DNA of 64,000 nucleotides from a virus (Duplodnaviria; Heunggongvirae; Uroviricota; Caudoviricetes): IMG/VR virus record IMGVR_UViG_3300020429_000539, positions 332,263 to 396,262 of that record; one strand, 5' to 3'. Shown piece by piece: positions 9,562 to 20,245 of this stretch (position 1 is its first letter; each line of letters starts with the position of its first letter). The notes under the pieces were generated by a model. It saw only the letters and a program-made list of their open reading frames with translations, ran no database searches and was not told where the DNA came from. The position numbers and the translations under genes were made by a program.

Positions 9562-12500
9562 TGCGCCAATTGATAAAACCAATAGCATTGGCTATAAACT
9601 AACAGGACTTCCGTCCAGCAAGGATATCCGTGTCAAGTTTGAGAACGGAACCTTCGGCCATGATTGCAAGCTTCTGACGCTCGACCAGGGCGAGGTCAAA
9701 GGCAACTATGCTCGTCCTGAATCGGGTACGACTGATATTTCAGGCACCCTTGACCTCAACGTCCCTCAGCACGCGGAGAACTCCGTTGTGTCTATCTACG
9801 CCAACATCGAAGCCTACATCGGTGGCGAATGGCGTCTTCTTGACATCGCTGCGTTCGCGTTTCAGATTGAGAACCCCAAAGAATCTGTCACGATGGATAA
9901 GGTTCGTGTTGAACCAGCTTTCGTGGCTCCTGATGAACGGGCAACCATTCATATACAGACCGAGGCAAATAGCCATCTCCGTGTCTATATTAATGGCAAG
10001 AGCTTCGTGATTCGTTCGAACTACGAGGGCGAAGGCAGCATGTCTTTCCGAGGTATCGATATTCTCGGAGGCTCGACGGTCGGTGGCTCAGACTTGCAGC
10101 GGTTTCCTGTAACTTTTTCGAAGCCGCAAGATAAACACGAAACCATTTACCACGCAAGCGTGGATGTTCACTATGTTCCAGAGGCGATGAGGGTTCTACA
10201 GGCGACCAATGACCCCGGTTCTCCTGAGTGCGCCATCCTTGATCCCGACCCTGGTCCTGGTCTGCAACTCAAGGCGGCAGAGGACTTTTGCTTCAATGGC
10301 GCAGCGGTTGGCGATTTGTCTATCTTTGATGCCGATAGCGGTTATGTCAACTCTCGCGTGGGTTTCTGTGGCGGCATAAGCGAAATAACGCCCGACCCAT
10401 CATCGTCCGGCGGTGTTTGCCGAATATTTAACTCATCCGATACGACGCTGCTTCCGAATGGGTCCGGTCTTGTTGCATTTGCTTCGGCTTATGACCCCTC
10501 AGTTGATGGCGGCGACCTTACGAAAGAGCTAACGCTTGCAAGCCGCATCTTTGTTGCTCAGACAAGTACTTCGCTCAAGTTCAGGGGCAATCCCGTTCGC
10601 AATGGAACGATTCTTGAACCGTCTGACTTTTATCATAGCGTGATAATGAATAACCTCGTGGATGGCGACACGATTGGTATTATTTTCCGTATTGAAGATG
10701 GAACCGTGTTCGAAATTCAGCAAACTGTTTCGGGCACTGTTGCGGCTTTTATCGGAGCTTTTGTCGATGCCATAAACGCGGATGAAAGAATCGACGCCGC
10801 CGAGATAATAGCTATTGCTGCTTCAGACCGTGTTGATGTTTTCTCGGATAGCAGGTTTTCTATCCGCGTCCAAGTTCTGAGCAACGGAACTTCTGATGTC
10901 GAAGTCTGCCTTGATAGCAATAAGACTCTCGAACTCCTTGCTCCCGATGGAGGTTTCGACGACACGGGCGATACCGTATTGTTCTTAGAGCCTTCGCTGG
11001 GCGCTCAGAGCTACAGTATTACAGGTCGAACGGCTCCGAATATTATTCGGTTTGAAGTTCCCGAAGGCGTCAACAACGGCTATGGCCCTACAATCACAGA
11101 GAACTTCTTCTGTGAAAAATTCGTAGTCGTGGACCAGGGCACCGAGGCTCCGGAAGACATTGGTATTACGACAGTAAATCCCTTGCCATATATCAAGGAT
11201 AAGTTTCAGCGAGAAGTTCCTTCGGTCTTTCCTTCAATAACTGCGCGTAGAGACTTTATCGACGGAGAGATATACGTTTATTGTGTGTGTCAGGCTATCG
11301 TTGATAGTGTTTACCAGCTATTCTATTTTGGTTTCAAACTTGGTTCGCAGGTTGACCAGGATATCGAGTGGACTCAACTAACTACGGATGGCGAGAATAA
11401 GAATGCTCGTATTGAATGCGATAAAGGTGGCAACTTGCATGTTGTTTGGGAGTCTGACCGCAATGGCCCAACGCAGATTTACTACGGCGTTCTCGGTCCA
11501 AACTCTCGCGCTTTGAGTAATCAAGTTCTTATGTCTGCTATTGATAAAGAGGGCAGCAGCGACAGTATACGTTCTCTTCTTTCGATTACAGAGCCTACAG
11601 CTATACAGGACGATTGGCTCCGTATACTTAGTGGTTCGGGCGCAGGCTCAGTAAGCTCGTTGACGAAGCTCGCGGTTCAGGGTAAGCCGTCTACAGATGG
11701 AGCGATGGCGGTCTTCACCCTTGATGAAACGGAGCTAGGCGAAGAGTTCAATGGCTTTGAATCTCAGCTTAGCTATCAGGTATCGTTTGACTTGTCTATG
11801 GGCATATTGTCTAACCAAGAAGATGAGGATGACCAGATACCATTTACAGTTCGCACAGATAAGGACATCGATGCGCTGTATTCGACTTGGTTGAGCCAGT
11901 TCACTCCGAAGCAGAACTTTCGATACGAGATTGATAAAAACAGGTTTACGGTTGATAGATATGACCCGTTCTTTGAGAAAATCATACCTATCTGTGGCTC
12001 CTACAATTTCGGGTCATATGCTTCTGAAACTAGTTCGCCAGGAGCTACGGTTCCTAACCTTGTCAATAATCTTACAGCTTCATATTCAACGTATGATAAT
12101 AGTATAGAAACAGGTCATCCTGGCAATTTGCGTCACTTCATGCTTGCTCTGATGCCAGAGAAAGTTCGTTTTAAGGCTCTAAATACCGAGCCGTTGTTTG
12201 TGTATTTGGATAGAAACGAGCTTACTACCGATTCAAGTTCTCAATACATCTCGCAGATAGAGAATACCTATTACACGGGTCGCTTCAAGCTTGCTCTTGT
12301 TTTGGCTACAAGTGAAGACGAGTCAACAGGCGTGCTTTCAAAGAAGTCTCATCATGTCGTCAGGCAGTTTGGCGATTACATGACGTTTGCTGACTTAGCA
12401 CAGCACAATAATATCAAGATTGCCGTTCATTATACGAAACAGCCGCAAGAGGCGATTGATAACAGAACGAAGTTTGACCGAAGTGCAGTTGAACAGGACT

Positions 12501-15500
12501 ACCGCTTCTATGGTAATATCATAGTAACTGTAGGTGATGCTGCTCAGCTTGGTCAGTCGTTCATTGCAGACTTTAGTGACCGATATCGTAAGTTTGATAT
12601 TGGGCTTGGTTTTCCATCAGGCGGTCAGTTTAGGACTAATGAGCAGATACCGTATAACGGCAATGAATACGATACGCTTCCAGTCGTACAGATTTTTGAC
12701 AACATTGCCATCGGGCCACATACTGTTAGATTGAATGAGTCTATCGTCAAGATGTCGAACTTTGACCGTAATACTTCGGCAATGTTCGTGAGCGAAGAGT
12801 TTAATGACCTTATAATCAACGGTAGCTTCGAGAGTTTTACGGCCCCTCTTGAAGGAACAACGTTGCTTTCTGATGGCGATACTACTCCGACAGGCTGGAC
12901 CATTACAAACGGCGCAACTTCTTGGGTTGAAGACGCCGGCCTACCTTCGTACTACGATGCCTATGATGGCGTGCGATTCCTTGAACTAACAGGTCTAAGC
13001 GACTCTCAGCTTGGCTCTATAGCCCAAGACGTTACTACCGAGATTGGCAAAGAATATGTTGTTGAGGCTGTGGCCTCGTATCACCCTCAAGGTATAACTT
13101 TCTTAGGTACGTCGAGCGTAGACCGCAAGGTTAAAATATCAGCAGATGCCGTATCTCAGACTTATCGTGTAAGGCAAGAGAGTCAAGATGCCAATACGAT
13201 GAGATGGCAGAACATTAGTCTAAGATTTACTGCGACAAGTTCGATTACGACTATTACTTTTGAGAATGCTACGGACTTACAAGCCCCATTCAATGTATTT
13301 GGCCCGTGTATTGACCGAATACGCATGTACGCTGTTGAAGACTTGCCTACAGAGACAAACTCGCAGAACGTGGATGATATGCTCCTCCTTGAAGATAGCG
13401 AGTATTACATTAACTATTCGCTCAATGCCACTGACCATATGAGTCAGATTCCCATTACACTGTCTTCAAACTATCAAAATAGAAATCCTGATTTGTCGGT
13501 AGATGATCTCGACAAAGTTCATGTGGTTTGGCAATCAAACCGTGATGGTCCTTGGGAAGTTTATTATGCAGGCAGCCGGGACAGGAGTATTCCATTCCGT
13601 TTTGAAACACGGATTACGGACAAAGACAGCAACAGTCTGATGCCGTCTATTGGGGTTGACTACAAGGGGCGGCGATGTGTCTCGTGGCACGACAATCGTG
13701 ACCGTAGAAGGTTCCAAATTTATTCGGCGATGTCGAAAGAAGTTGACCCTCAATGGATTGATCAATGCAAGATTGACATGGTTGAAGAGTATATTCATAC
13801 TCGAAACGTCAACTATGACCCTTATGATCCGTATTTTGGAACGCTTGCCGACGACTTGGGATGCAAGGTTGTTTTTGACTTTCAGACTGACACAAGCGGC
13901 TTGTTTCACTTTACGGCTGATTTCTACACAGATGAAGCCAAGACGACTCTCGAAAAGAGTATCGATTCGCGCGATAGCGTTGTCGGTTGGCGGGTCAATG
14001 ATACTCAGCTTGATATAGAGGGAGCGCTTGTTGCTGCTGGCGAAACCGTGACGGTAACATACTCGCCTGACCAGAGCGACAATCTCTCAAACAAGCTACT
14101 CTACGTGACGGCGAAATATGTTTCCAATGCGGCACGAGAAGGCGAGATAGTAGCTGGCGGGTTGACAGGAAACATCGAAGAGGTAGATTCTTCGGTTGTC
14201 TCAAGCGTTCGACAGGGAGAGTACCAATCAGACAATGTTCGCATATTCTCTGAGGGGACGTTTTCATCGCCTGTAAGCAAGGCTTCTCAAACAGCGGAAG
14301 AGTTTGAGAATACTTTGCTTGGACAGGGCGGCGATCCGGAAGTTGTTTTCTATGGTAGCGACCCTCTTGCTGGTTTCAATGCAGGAGATAAAGTTCGTTC
14401 GTATTACATTCACTATGACCGCTCTACCTCAACTGAGGGTGAGGAAACTGTTACGATTGAGTTTGATTCTCCGATCGTCGGCATATATGCAAGCGGAGAG
14501 GACCGCGCAGCGTCAGACGCTATATTTGGAGTAGCAAATATTAACTATGCTGCTGATGGCAATGAAAACAAATTCGGCGAGGATGGAGATTCTCTAACGC
14601 TTTCCGCCAATAAGAGAATACTAACCTTGACTATCCGAGTCAACAGCAGCGAAGGTGTTGATGATTTGCGAGTCATAGTTGCTCCTGTTGAGTTATCAGG
14701 CGGAACCACTGACTTTGTTTACTATTGTCCATTCGAGCAAACTCCGCGATGCTCTATTATAAAAGACATATACAACAGCGATCAGGCCGCTATTGACAAC
14801 GTTCATTTCCGTATTACGTTTTACGCAGACGAGAACTATGAGTCTCCAATACTTTCCTCGTTCTCGTTGTTCGACCAGAAAAACTGGATTTCGGGCGCGA
14901 GCGATTTTCCGGCGAACGGCATTACGATAGATGTTGCGGAGACTGCAAGCATAGCATACGACCCTAATATATTGCCCTTTGATTTGTTTGACGACCAAAA
15001 AGGCGACACCGTTCCTAATGCAATACAGAGCTTCTTCGTAAGTAACAGGGACGGCTGGCGAGTAGAAGACCCTAATGGAACGGTCAACGCTACCTGGGTA
15101 AGCGACGGCGGGGCAGGAGCTATTCGATATGCTGACACGGATTCGGTGGATGCGGCATTCTTTGTTGCGCCAGCTAAGTTCCTGGGCAACCTTGAGGCCT
15201 TCTATGGTGGCACTATCGAGGCCAGCATGAGGCTTGATCCCGACGAGAGCCCATCGAGTCCTCAGACTCCTACAGTAAAGATTGTGGGTTCGGCAGGAAC
15301 GCTTGTGCATCAGTCCGGCTCTCCGCCTAACCGTTCAGCCTCCTATGAAACTCTTCGTTTTACTATTGACGAAAGCGTATCTGGATGGGAGTTTCAGCCT
15401 TCTACAGGTGGTGGATTTGCTGCTGCAACCGAAGCGAACATACGCGCGGTTCTTCGAAACGTGACATCTGTCTTGATGGATGCTGACTTCTTTTTGGGAA

Positions 15501-17242
15501 GCGACAATATCTATATGAGTGATTTCGCCATTCGACCGCAAGACCAGAATCTATCCTTTGATAGGTCTCTGCTATGCGGTGTTCCATATTACTACAAGCT
15601 TGAACAGTATGACACAAACACTTTTGAAGAAATCGAGCAAGGAATGTTCCTTTGTCCCTGTTTCTACACAGAGAGCAGTATTTGGCGAAAGGATACAGAT
15701 TCAAAGAACTGGATATCAAGCGGCCAAGGCTTCGATGATTTCAAGGTATCAGAGACCGATAACGAGTGTCTAAATGCCAGAGTGCTTGCCTCTGAAACTG
15801 GTTTGTTCTACATTTCGTGGGAAGACTATAGATACACAAGACTTGGAAGCGACCAGCCTGCGTTGTCTCCTGATTATTTCTTTGCTGTGTATGATGCAAA
15901 TAATGATGAGTTGCATTCTTCTGCCCAGGGTGGGTTTGACCGTCGATTGACTTATTACAGCGATGAAGAATCAGGTATACTGTATAACGCATCTACGTTC
16001 TTAGACCAGTTCCAGAACTTCAACATTGCGTTCCACAATGGAACTAAGATGTATCATCAGGCATGCAGTATCGGCTGTGCCCTTGAATCATTCAATCCAA
16101 ATCTTATACAGCCATGCATGTTCACTGATGGCACAGGAGATAGCTTCTATCAGGTTGGGGGAGAGCCGGACAGAGATATATCACAGTATCAGAAAATGAG
16201 GATACGTGAACCGTATGTGGCTTACTCGACCTATCTTGATCTAGAGACGCCTATGGCTGTTATCAACGACTGTTTTATTGAGCTAGATATCGTAGGCGTT
16301 CCTGGTACATATGCCTTCAGGCTCAAGAACGAAGATGACGATACTTGGACAGAATGGCTTCCTATAGGCCCATCACTGCCCTCTCAACCAAATGACGATG
16401 CAGATACAGAGGAGGAAAGAGATTTCTTTAGAGCGTTCTTTATAGCAAAAGATCGTTTCATAGCTCCTTGGATAACGTCGCCTGGCGATGGAGTTAAGAG
16501 GGTATATTGTGAGATTTTGACATTTTTTGGTAAAACGGAGCAGTTCTATATCGATTTCCAAGCCTTCTACCGAGGTCTCGATTATCGGATTGATTTCTTC
16601 TTTGACGAGGAATTTCAGCAGCCCATACCGAAGTATAGAAGTTATCCTGTGGCAAGTACGCAGAAAACAGCTACTCTCATTGATGACGAGTATCTAACTT
16701 CTATTTCAGAAGAGATCGAAAGCGTCTCTAATATCTGGGCAAGAATCTCTTTCCCAGATACAGAAAAGCTACAGATTGTAGAGAGATTGGCTGCGCTTGA
16801 CAGGTACTCTGATGATTCATTGACGATGAGCGTCTATCAACAAGGAATAAATGATCAACTCAATATCCCTTTGACTAAGATAAGCGATGGGCTATATAAG
16901 GCATCGTTTAGTATTGCTGAGGATGATTCTGTTGTCAATGTAGATGGTTTGGGAGTTGTAGTCATAAATATACCGGGTCAGTGTAGGCCAACTACGATTG
17001 CATCCTCAAATCCTAACGGAACAGGATTATTTGATTCAATATCTCTAGATCAATCCGTAACTATATTCAACAATCTAACGCTGTTCCGAGATAAATATAT
17101 AGAAGATGATATGCGTCGTTCGTTCGGCGACCCCAACTACTATAAGTCGGCTAAGTTTGGTGGTCCTGGTATAGACCCAACAGCCGCAGGTGGAAACGCT
17201 GATTGGATCGGCGGCGGAGATGGTCGTATCAATCCTGACTAA
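9521..17242 (+). CDS. Giant virion-associated protein (2573 aa) with BNR-like propeller blades, DUF642-like, PEP-CTERM-associated-like and laminin-IV domains
   Basis: Blades LHVVWESDRNGPTQIYY and VHVVWQSNRDGPWEVYY. DUF642-like region LIINGSFE...SIAQDVTTEIGKEY...FTATSSITTITF...GPCID at ~12803-13335. Laminin B region FFVAPAKFLGNLEAFYGG...ATEANIRAVLRNVT at ~15026-15537. GTG start at 9521 or 9530. Confidence 0.7.
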   Translation: MSTVRTLLKLQPFSAPIDKTNSIGYKLTGLPSSKDIRVKFENGTFGHDCKLLTLDQGEVKGNYARPESGTTDISGTLDLNVPQHAENSVVSIYANIEAYIGGEWRLLDIAAFAFQIENPKESVTMDKVRVEPAFVAPDERATIHIQTEANSHLRVYINGKSFVIRSNYEGEGSMSFRGIDILGGSTVGGSDLQRFPVTFSKPQDKHETIYHASVDVHYVPEAMRVLQATNDPGSPECAILDPDPGPGLQLKAAEDFCFNGAAVGDLSIFDADSGYVNSRVGFCGGISEITPDPSSSGGVCRIFNSSDTTLLPNGSGLVAFASAYDPSVDGGDLTKELTLASRIFVAQTSTSLKFRGNPVRNGTILEPSDFYHSVIMNNLVDGDTIGIIFRIEDGTVFEIQQTVSGTVAAFIGAFVDAINADERIDAAEIIAIAASDRVDVFSDSRFSIRVQVLSNGTSDVEVCLDSNKTLELLAPDGGFDDTGDTVLFLEPSLGAQSYSITGRTAPNIIRFEVPEGVNNGYGPTITENFFCEKFVVVDQGTEAPEDIGITTVNPLPYIKDKFQREVPSVFPSITARRDFIDGEIYVYCVCQAIVDSVYQLFYFGFKLGSQVDQDIEWTQLTTDGENKNARIECDKGGNLHVVWESDRNGPTQIYYGVLGPNSRALSNQVLMSAIDKEGSSDSIRSLLSITEPTAIQDDWLRILSGSGAGSVSSLTKLAVQGKPSTDGAMAVFTLDETELGEEFNGFESQLSYQVSFDLSMGILSNQEDEDDQIPFTVRTDKDIDALYSTWLSQFTPKQNFRYEIDKNRFTVDRYDPFFEKIIPICGSYNFGSYASETSSPGATVPNLVNNLTASYSTYDNSIETGHPGNLRHFMLALMPEKVRFKALNTEPLFVYLDRNELTTDSSSQYISQIENTYYTGRFKLALVLATSEDESTGVLSKKSHHVVRQFGDYMTFADLAQHNNIKIAVHYTKQPQEAIDNRTKFDRSAVEQDYRFYGNIIVTVGDAAQLGQSFIADFSDRYRKFDIGLGFPSGGQFRTNEQIPYNGNEYDTLPVVQIFDNIAIGPHTVRLNESIVKMSNFDRNTSAMFVSEEFNDLIINGSFESFTAPLEGTTLLSDGDTTPTGWTITNGATSWVEDAGLPSYYDAYDGVRFLELTGLSDSQLGSIAQDVTTEIGKEYVVEAVASYHPQGITFLGTSSVDRKVKISADAVSQTYRVRQESQDANTMRWQNISLRFTATSSITTITFENATDLQAPFNVFGPCIDRIRMYAVEDLPTETNSQNVDDMLLLEDSEYYINYSLNATDHMSQIPITLSSNYQNRNPDLSVDDLDKVHVVWQSNRDGPWEVYYAGSRDRSIPFRFETRITDKDSNSLMPSIGVDYKGRRCVSWHDNRDRRRFQIYSAMSKEVDPQWIDQCKIDMVEEYIHTRNVNYDPYDPYFGTLADDLGCKVVFDFQTDTSGLFHFTADFYTDEAKTTLEKSIDSRDSVVGWRVNDTQLDIEGALVAAGETVTVTYSPDQSDNLSNKLLYVTAKYVSNAAREGEIVAGGLTGNIEEVDSSVVSSVRQGEYQSDNVRIFSEGTFSSPVSKASQTAEEFENTLLGQGGDPEVVFYGSDPLAGFNAGDKVRSYYIHYDRSTSTEGEETVTIEFDSPIVGIYASGEDRAASDAIFGVANINYAADGNENKFGEDGDSLTLSANKRILTLTIRVNSSEGVDDLRVIVAPVELSGGTTDFVYYCPFEQTPRCSIIKDIYNSDQAAIDNVHFRITFYADENYESPILSSFSLFDQKNWISGASDFPANGITIDVAETASIAYDPNILPFDLFDDQKGDTVPNAIQSFFVSNRDGWRVEDPNGTVNATWVSDGGAGAIRYADTDSVDAAFFVAPAKFLGNLEAFYGGTIEASMRLDPDESPSSPQTPTVKIVGSAGTLVHQSGSPPNRSASYETLRFTIDESVSGWEFQPSTGGGFAAATEANIRAVLRNVTSVLMDADFFLGSDNIYMSDFAIRPQDQNLSFDRSLLCGVPYYYKLEQYDTNTFEEIEQGMFLCPCFYTESSIWRKDTDSKNWISSGQGFDDFKVSETDNECLNARVLASETGLFYISWEDYRYTRLGSDQPALSPDYFFAVYDANNDELHSSAQGGFDRRLTYYSDEESGILYNASTFLDQFQNFNIAFHNGTKMYHQACSIGCALESFNPNLIQPCMFTDGTGDSFYQVGGEPDRDISQYQKMRIREPYVAYSTYLDLETPMAVINDCFIELDIVGVPGTYAFRLKNEDDDTWTEWLPIGPSLPSQPNDDADTEEERDFFRAFFIAKDRFIAPWITSPGDGVKRVYCEILTFFGKTEQFYIDFQAFYRGLDYRIDFFFDEEFQQPIPKYRSYPVASTQKTATLIDDEYLTSISEEIESVSNIWARISFPDTEKLQIVERLAALDRYSDDSLTMSVYQQGINDQLNIPLTKISDGLYKASFSIAEDDSVVNVDGLGVVVINIPGQCRPTTIASSNPNGTGLFDSISLDQSVTIFNNLTLFRDKYIEDDMRRSFGDPNYYKSAKFGGPGIDPTAAGGNADWIGGGDGRINPD

Positions 17243-17252
17243 CGGAGAGTAA

Positions 17253-18716
17253 ATGTCTAAACCTAATCAGCCAACTTTACTATTCCCCAATGGCGGCGAA
17301 GAGATACTCACTCGGCTTGTCGATATTGAGTGGTCCGAGCCTTCTCCTGCTTCTACGGATGGTCTACCCGTTTGGTATGAGGTTTATTTTAGCGAGTTCT
17401 ATGATAGTCTCGACGAGCCTGACTGGAAAAAGATAGCTACGCTACCCGTGGGTAACCGGAAATTTTCATGGAGAGTGGGCAACACTTTGCGTAGTAATCA
17501 GATCAAAGTAGCAGTTCTATCAGTTAATCTTGCAGGTGAAAGAAGCTCTATGTCAATATCGGCAGACACTTTTACCATCAAGAGAGCAATGCCAATTGCG
17601 CCAGCCATATTGAGCCCTATACCAAGCGCAAGATATGGCAGTCGCATAGAGGTTGTGTTTGATGATAACACTGTCCTCAACTCATTCGGTCAGCGTGCCA
17701 AATACTATGTCTTCTTTAGTTCACGCAAAGCAGAGATACCCTTTACTCCCATTGCTCAGAGTGTTCCGGTTGGTGCAGGCCCGTTGGTATGGGATACGTC
17801 CAGACTTCCGCCTTCCGATGATTACATTTTGACTGCATATCTTGCTGATGATGACGGTAATAAGTCACCAGAGGTTAATGTTTCTAACTTGTCAATCATT
17901 AATGAGGGTTACTTTTTGGTTGACACGAAGCCTCCAAGCGGTTATGTCCAAATCAATGATGGTGACGAGTTTACTCGCGCAAGAGATGCCAGTGTAAAGT
18001 TGTTTGCTTTCGATGAGACAACAGGCATACACGCTATGAAGTTTCTTGAAGGCGAAGGCGATGGGAGTTTTGAAGGTCCACCCGAGTCGTATGTTAACAT
18101 TAAATACTACCAGATGACAGAAGAGGATGGTATCAAAACCATAAAGGTTCTCTTTCAGGACTTCGGCGCTAACAGAACATCAGAGATTCAGAAGAACTTT
18201 CGTGTTAACTTTGATATAAGTAACGGTGACATTGCAGATATGATTCTGCAACAAACAAGCCCCACAGAGTCTACTATTTGGATAGGATACAATGGGAATG
18301 AGCCTGCTCTTTATAAGATTGAGGATGGAGCGGGAAGCAGTTTTGTAGCAAGAGTCAATGAGCCCATCACCGCCCTTGGTCTACTTACGGGAGTTGTCTA
18401 TATCGCAGTTGATACATCTGATGATACAGCTTTAGTCTACAGAAGCACGGGTGTTGGTGCTGAGTCCATTATTCAGCTTGATACTGAAGGTAGCGAAGTT
18501 CTTACTATGGACACGTATGATGACATGCTTTACATGGGCTCTCTTAATGGCTCTCTTTATCGGTATGATGAGTCATCGGTCAACCTGGTTACCACTTTCA
18601 GCAAGCCAGTAGAAAGATTATATTCTGATGGCGCGCTTCTCTATATCTTGCTTAGAAATGAGCCGACAATGACTATATATGATGGTTCTAGTTTTACGGA
18701 GGTTAGCTTAGTATAA
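17253..18716 (+). CDS. Ig-like/beta-propeller virion protein (487 aa)
   Basis: Ig-type motifs LLFPNGGEEI and DTKPPSGYVQINDG, with C-terminal propeller blades (LYMGSLNGSLYRYD). GGAG Shine-Dalgarno upstream. Confidence 0.65.
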   Translation: MSKPNQPTLLFPNGGEEILTRLVDIEWSEPSPASTDGLPVWYEVYFSEFYDSLDEPDWKKIATLPVGNRKFSWRVGNTLRSNQIKVAVLSVNLAGERSSMSISADTFTIKRAMPIAPAILSPIPSARYGSRIEVVFDDNTVLNSFGQRAKYYVFFSSRKAEIPFTPIAQSVPVGAGPLVWDTSRLPPSDDYILTAYLADDDGNKSPEVNVSNLSIINEGYFLVDTKPPSGYVQINDGDEFTRARDASVKLFAFDETTGIHAMKFLEGEGDGSFEGPPESYVNIKYYQMTEEDGIKTIKVLFQDFGANRTSEIQKNFRVNFDISNGDIADMILQQTSPTESTIWIGYNGNEPALYKIEDGAGSSFVARVNEPITALGLLTGVVYIAVDTSDDTALVYRSTGVGAESIIQLDTEGSEVLTMDTYDDMLYMGSLNGSLYRYDESSVNLVTTFSKPVERLYSDGALLYILLRNEPTMTIYDGSSFTEVSLV

Positions 18717-20239
18717 TGCCTCTTGACTTCGGTAATAGCCCTCAGTTTGGACAGTTGTTCAATGCGAACTTCTCGGGTGGCGGTGCGGACCCTGGAGGCT
18801 CGTTATCCCTTACAGATGCACAGATCAAGTCTTTGTCGAGCAGTTTGACTCTAAACTTTAACGATAACACTTCGGGCAGAGACATATCCGATGCCGTGCT
18901 GAGGGTTGCATTTTCCACTACCACCAACCCCTATTTACCATATATAGGAGGATTATTCTCTGTTCAACAGGGCGACAATGGGACTAAAATGTTTGTCGGA
19001 GGCTTTGAGACAGATTTTCAGGATACCATTTTCCCGATGCAGCTTCCGCTTATCGGGCAATCTTTGCAAGAGCTAAGCGTAAGCATAGGTCTTGTAGATG
19101 GTGTGCGTGCAGAGGTTCTCAATGGTCGTGAATTGCTAGATGCTAAGAATCTAATAGCAACAACCTTCTATTCAGGCACCGATAGATGGGTTTATTTCTT
19201 TGCAGAAATCGATGTCTTTAATGAAGATGCAGACTCTACGCTGTCTAGAAACATAAAGACCTTCCTGACAAGCGTTGAGCCCAACTTATCCCAAAATATA
19301 CCTACACAGTCTTTGGGCGGCTTCATTAGCCCAACAGAGGTGTATACAACTGATGTTCTTGATGCTGGTGTTTCTTTCTATGATACAGAAGTTGTTGTTA
19401 CTAATGACAACTTGTCAAGTTTTGGATTGATACAGATTCAGGATGAAATATTAACAGTTGATGACTGGAATGACGGAACTGCTGTTATTAGCGAGAGGCA
19501 GTCGTATGGAACTCCTATCCGTTTTCATCCAGCAGGTTCCGTTGTTCGAGGACTGAAAAAGAATGATTTGTTTGACACTAAGTTTAGCAAAACTCGCAAG
19601 CAATACAGATGCATAGCTATAAGAAATGAAACTTCTAACGAATATGCCAAAGACGTGAAGGTATATTTCAATCTTTTGAGTAGAAATCTATTGTCAAATA
19701 CTCGACTTGCTATCGAGATACCAAGAAGCGAGTTTCGGTCGGGAACCGCATCTAGCGGGTCCGCTACTTTCTTCGCAGATTCTTCCCTATCAAATACATT
19801 TTTGGATGACCATTACGTGACTGCTGCCGTGACTTTTACTTCGGGAGCCAATAGCGGTCAGACACGAATAGTCGTGGGCTACAATGGCGAAAGTGGGACG
19901 TTCTTTCTTGATTCTCAGCTTCCAAATAGTGTAAACAGCGGAGACAATTATTATGTTGATACTGCTCCATCGCAAAGAATAGTAACAGGCGAAGTTGCCC
20001 CTGAAGTTGGTATCTTCGACCAGCCTGATCCTGTTCCCCCGTATTTGATTGGCGATTTTCAGGAGGCTCAGTATTTTGTGGAAGGCGTAAGTATTGATGT
20101 TGATGGCCGCAGAGCGAATGGCGGAACTCTTGGTCCTAAGCAAGCTATTTATGTTTGGATTGAGCGCAGTCTAGAGGATATCAATGAAGAATTCACAAAT
20201 AATAGAATGTTTGTGACGGTAGGGTACAGTAGGGTCTAA
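18716..20239 (+). CDS. Putative virion structural protein (507 aa)
   Basis: TAATG stop/start coupling. SGTASSGSATFFADSS...VTFTSGANSGQTRIVVGY is a beta-barrel motif typical of phage structural proteins; YRCIAIRN and IYVWIER motifs are also present. Confidence 0.6.
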   Translation: MPLDFGNSPQFGQLFNANFSGGGADPGGSLSLTDAQIKSLSSSLTLNFNDNTSGRDISDAVLRVAFSTTTNPYLPYIGGLFSVQQGDNGTKMFVGGFETDFQDTIFPMQLPLIGQSLQELSVSIGLVDGVRAEVLNGRELLDAKNLIATTFYSGTDRWVYFFAEIDVFNEDADSTLSRNIKTFLTSVEPNLSQNIPTQSLGGFISPTEVYTTDVLDAGVSFYDTEVVVTNDNLSSFGLIQIQDEILTVDDWNDGTAVISERQSYGTPIRFHPAGSVVRGLKKNDLFDTKFSKTRKQYRCIAIRNETSNEYAKDVKVYFNLLSRNLLSNTRLAIEIPRSEFRSGTASSGSATFFADSSLSNTFLDDHYVTAAVTFTSGANSGQTRIVVGYNGESGTFFLDSQLPNSVNSGDNYYVDTAPSQRIVTGEVAPEVGIFDQPDPVPPYLIGDFQEAQYFVEGVSIDVDGRRANGGTLGPKQAIYVWIERSLEDINEEFTNNRMFVTVGYSRV

Positions 20240-20245
20240 TCTGCT

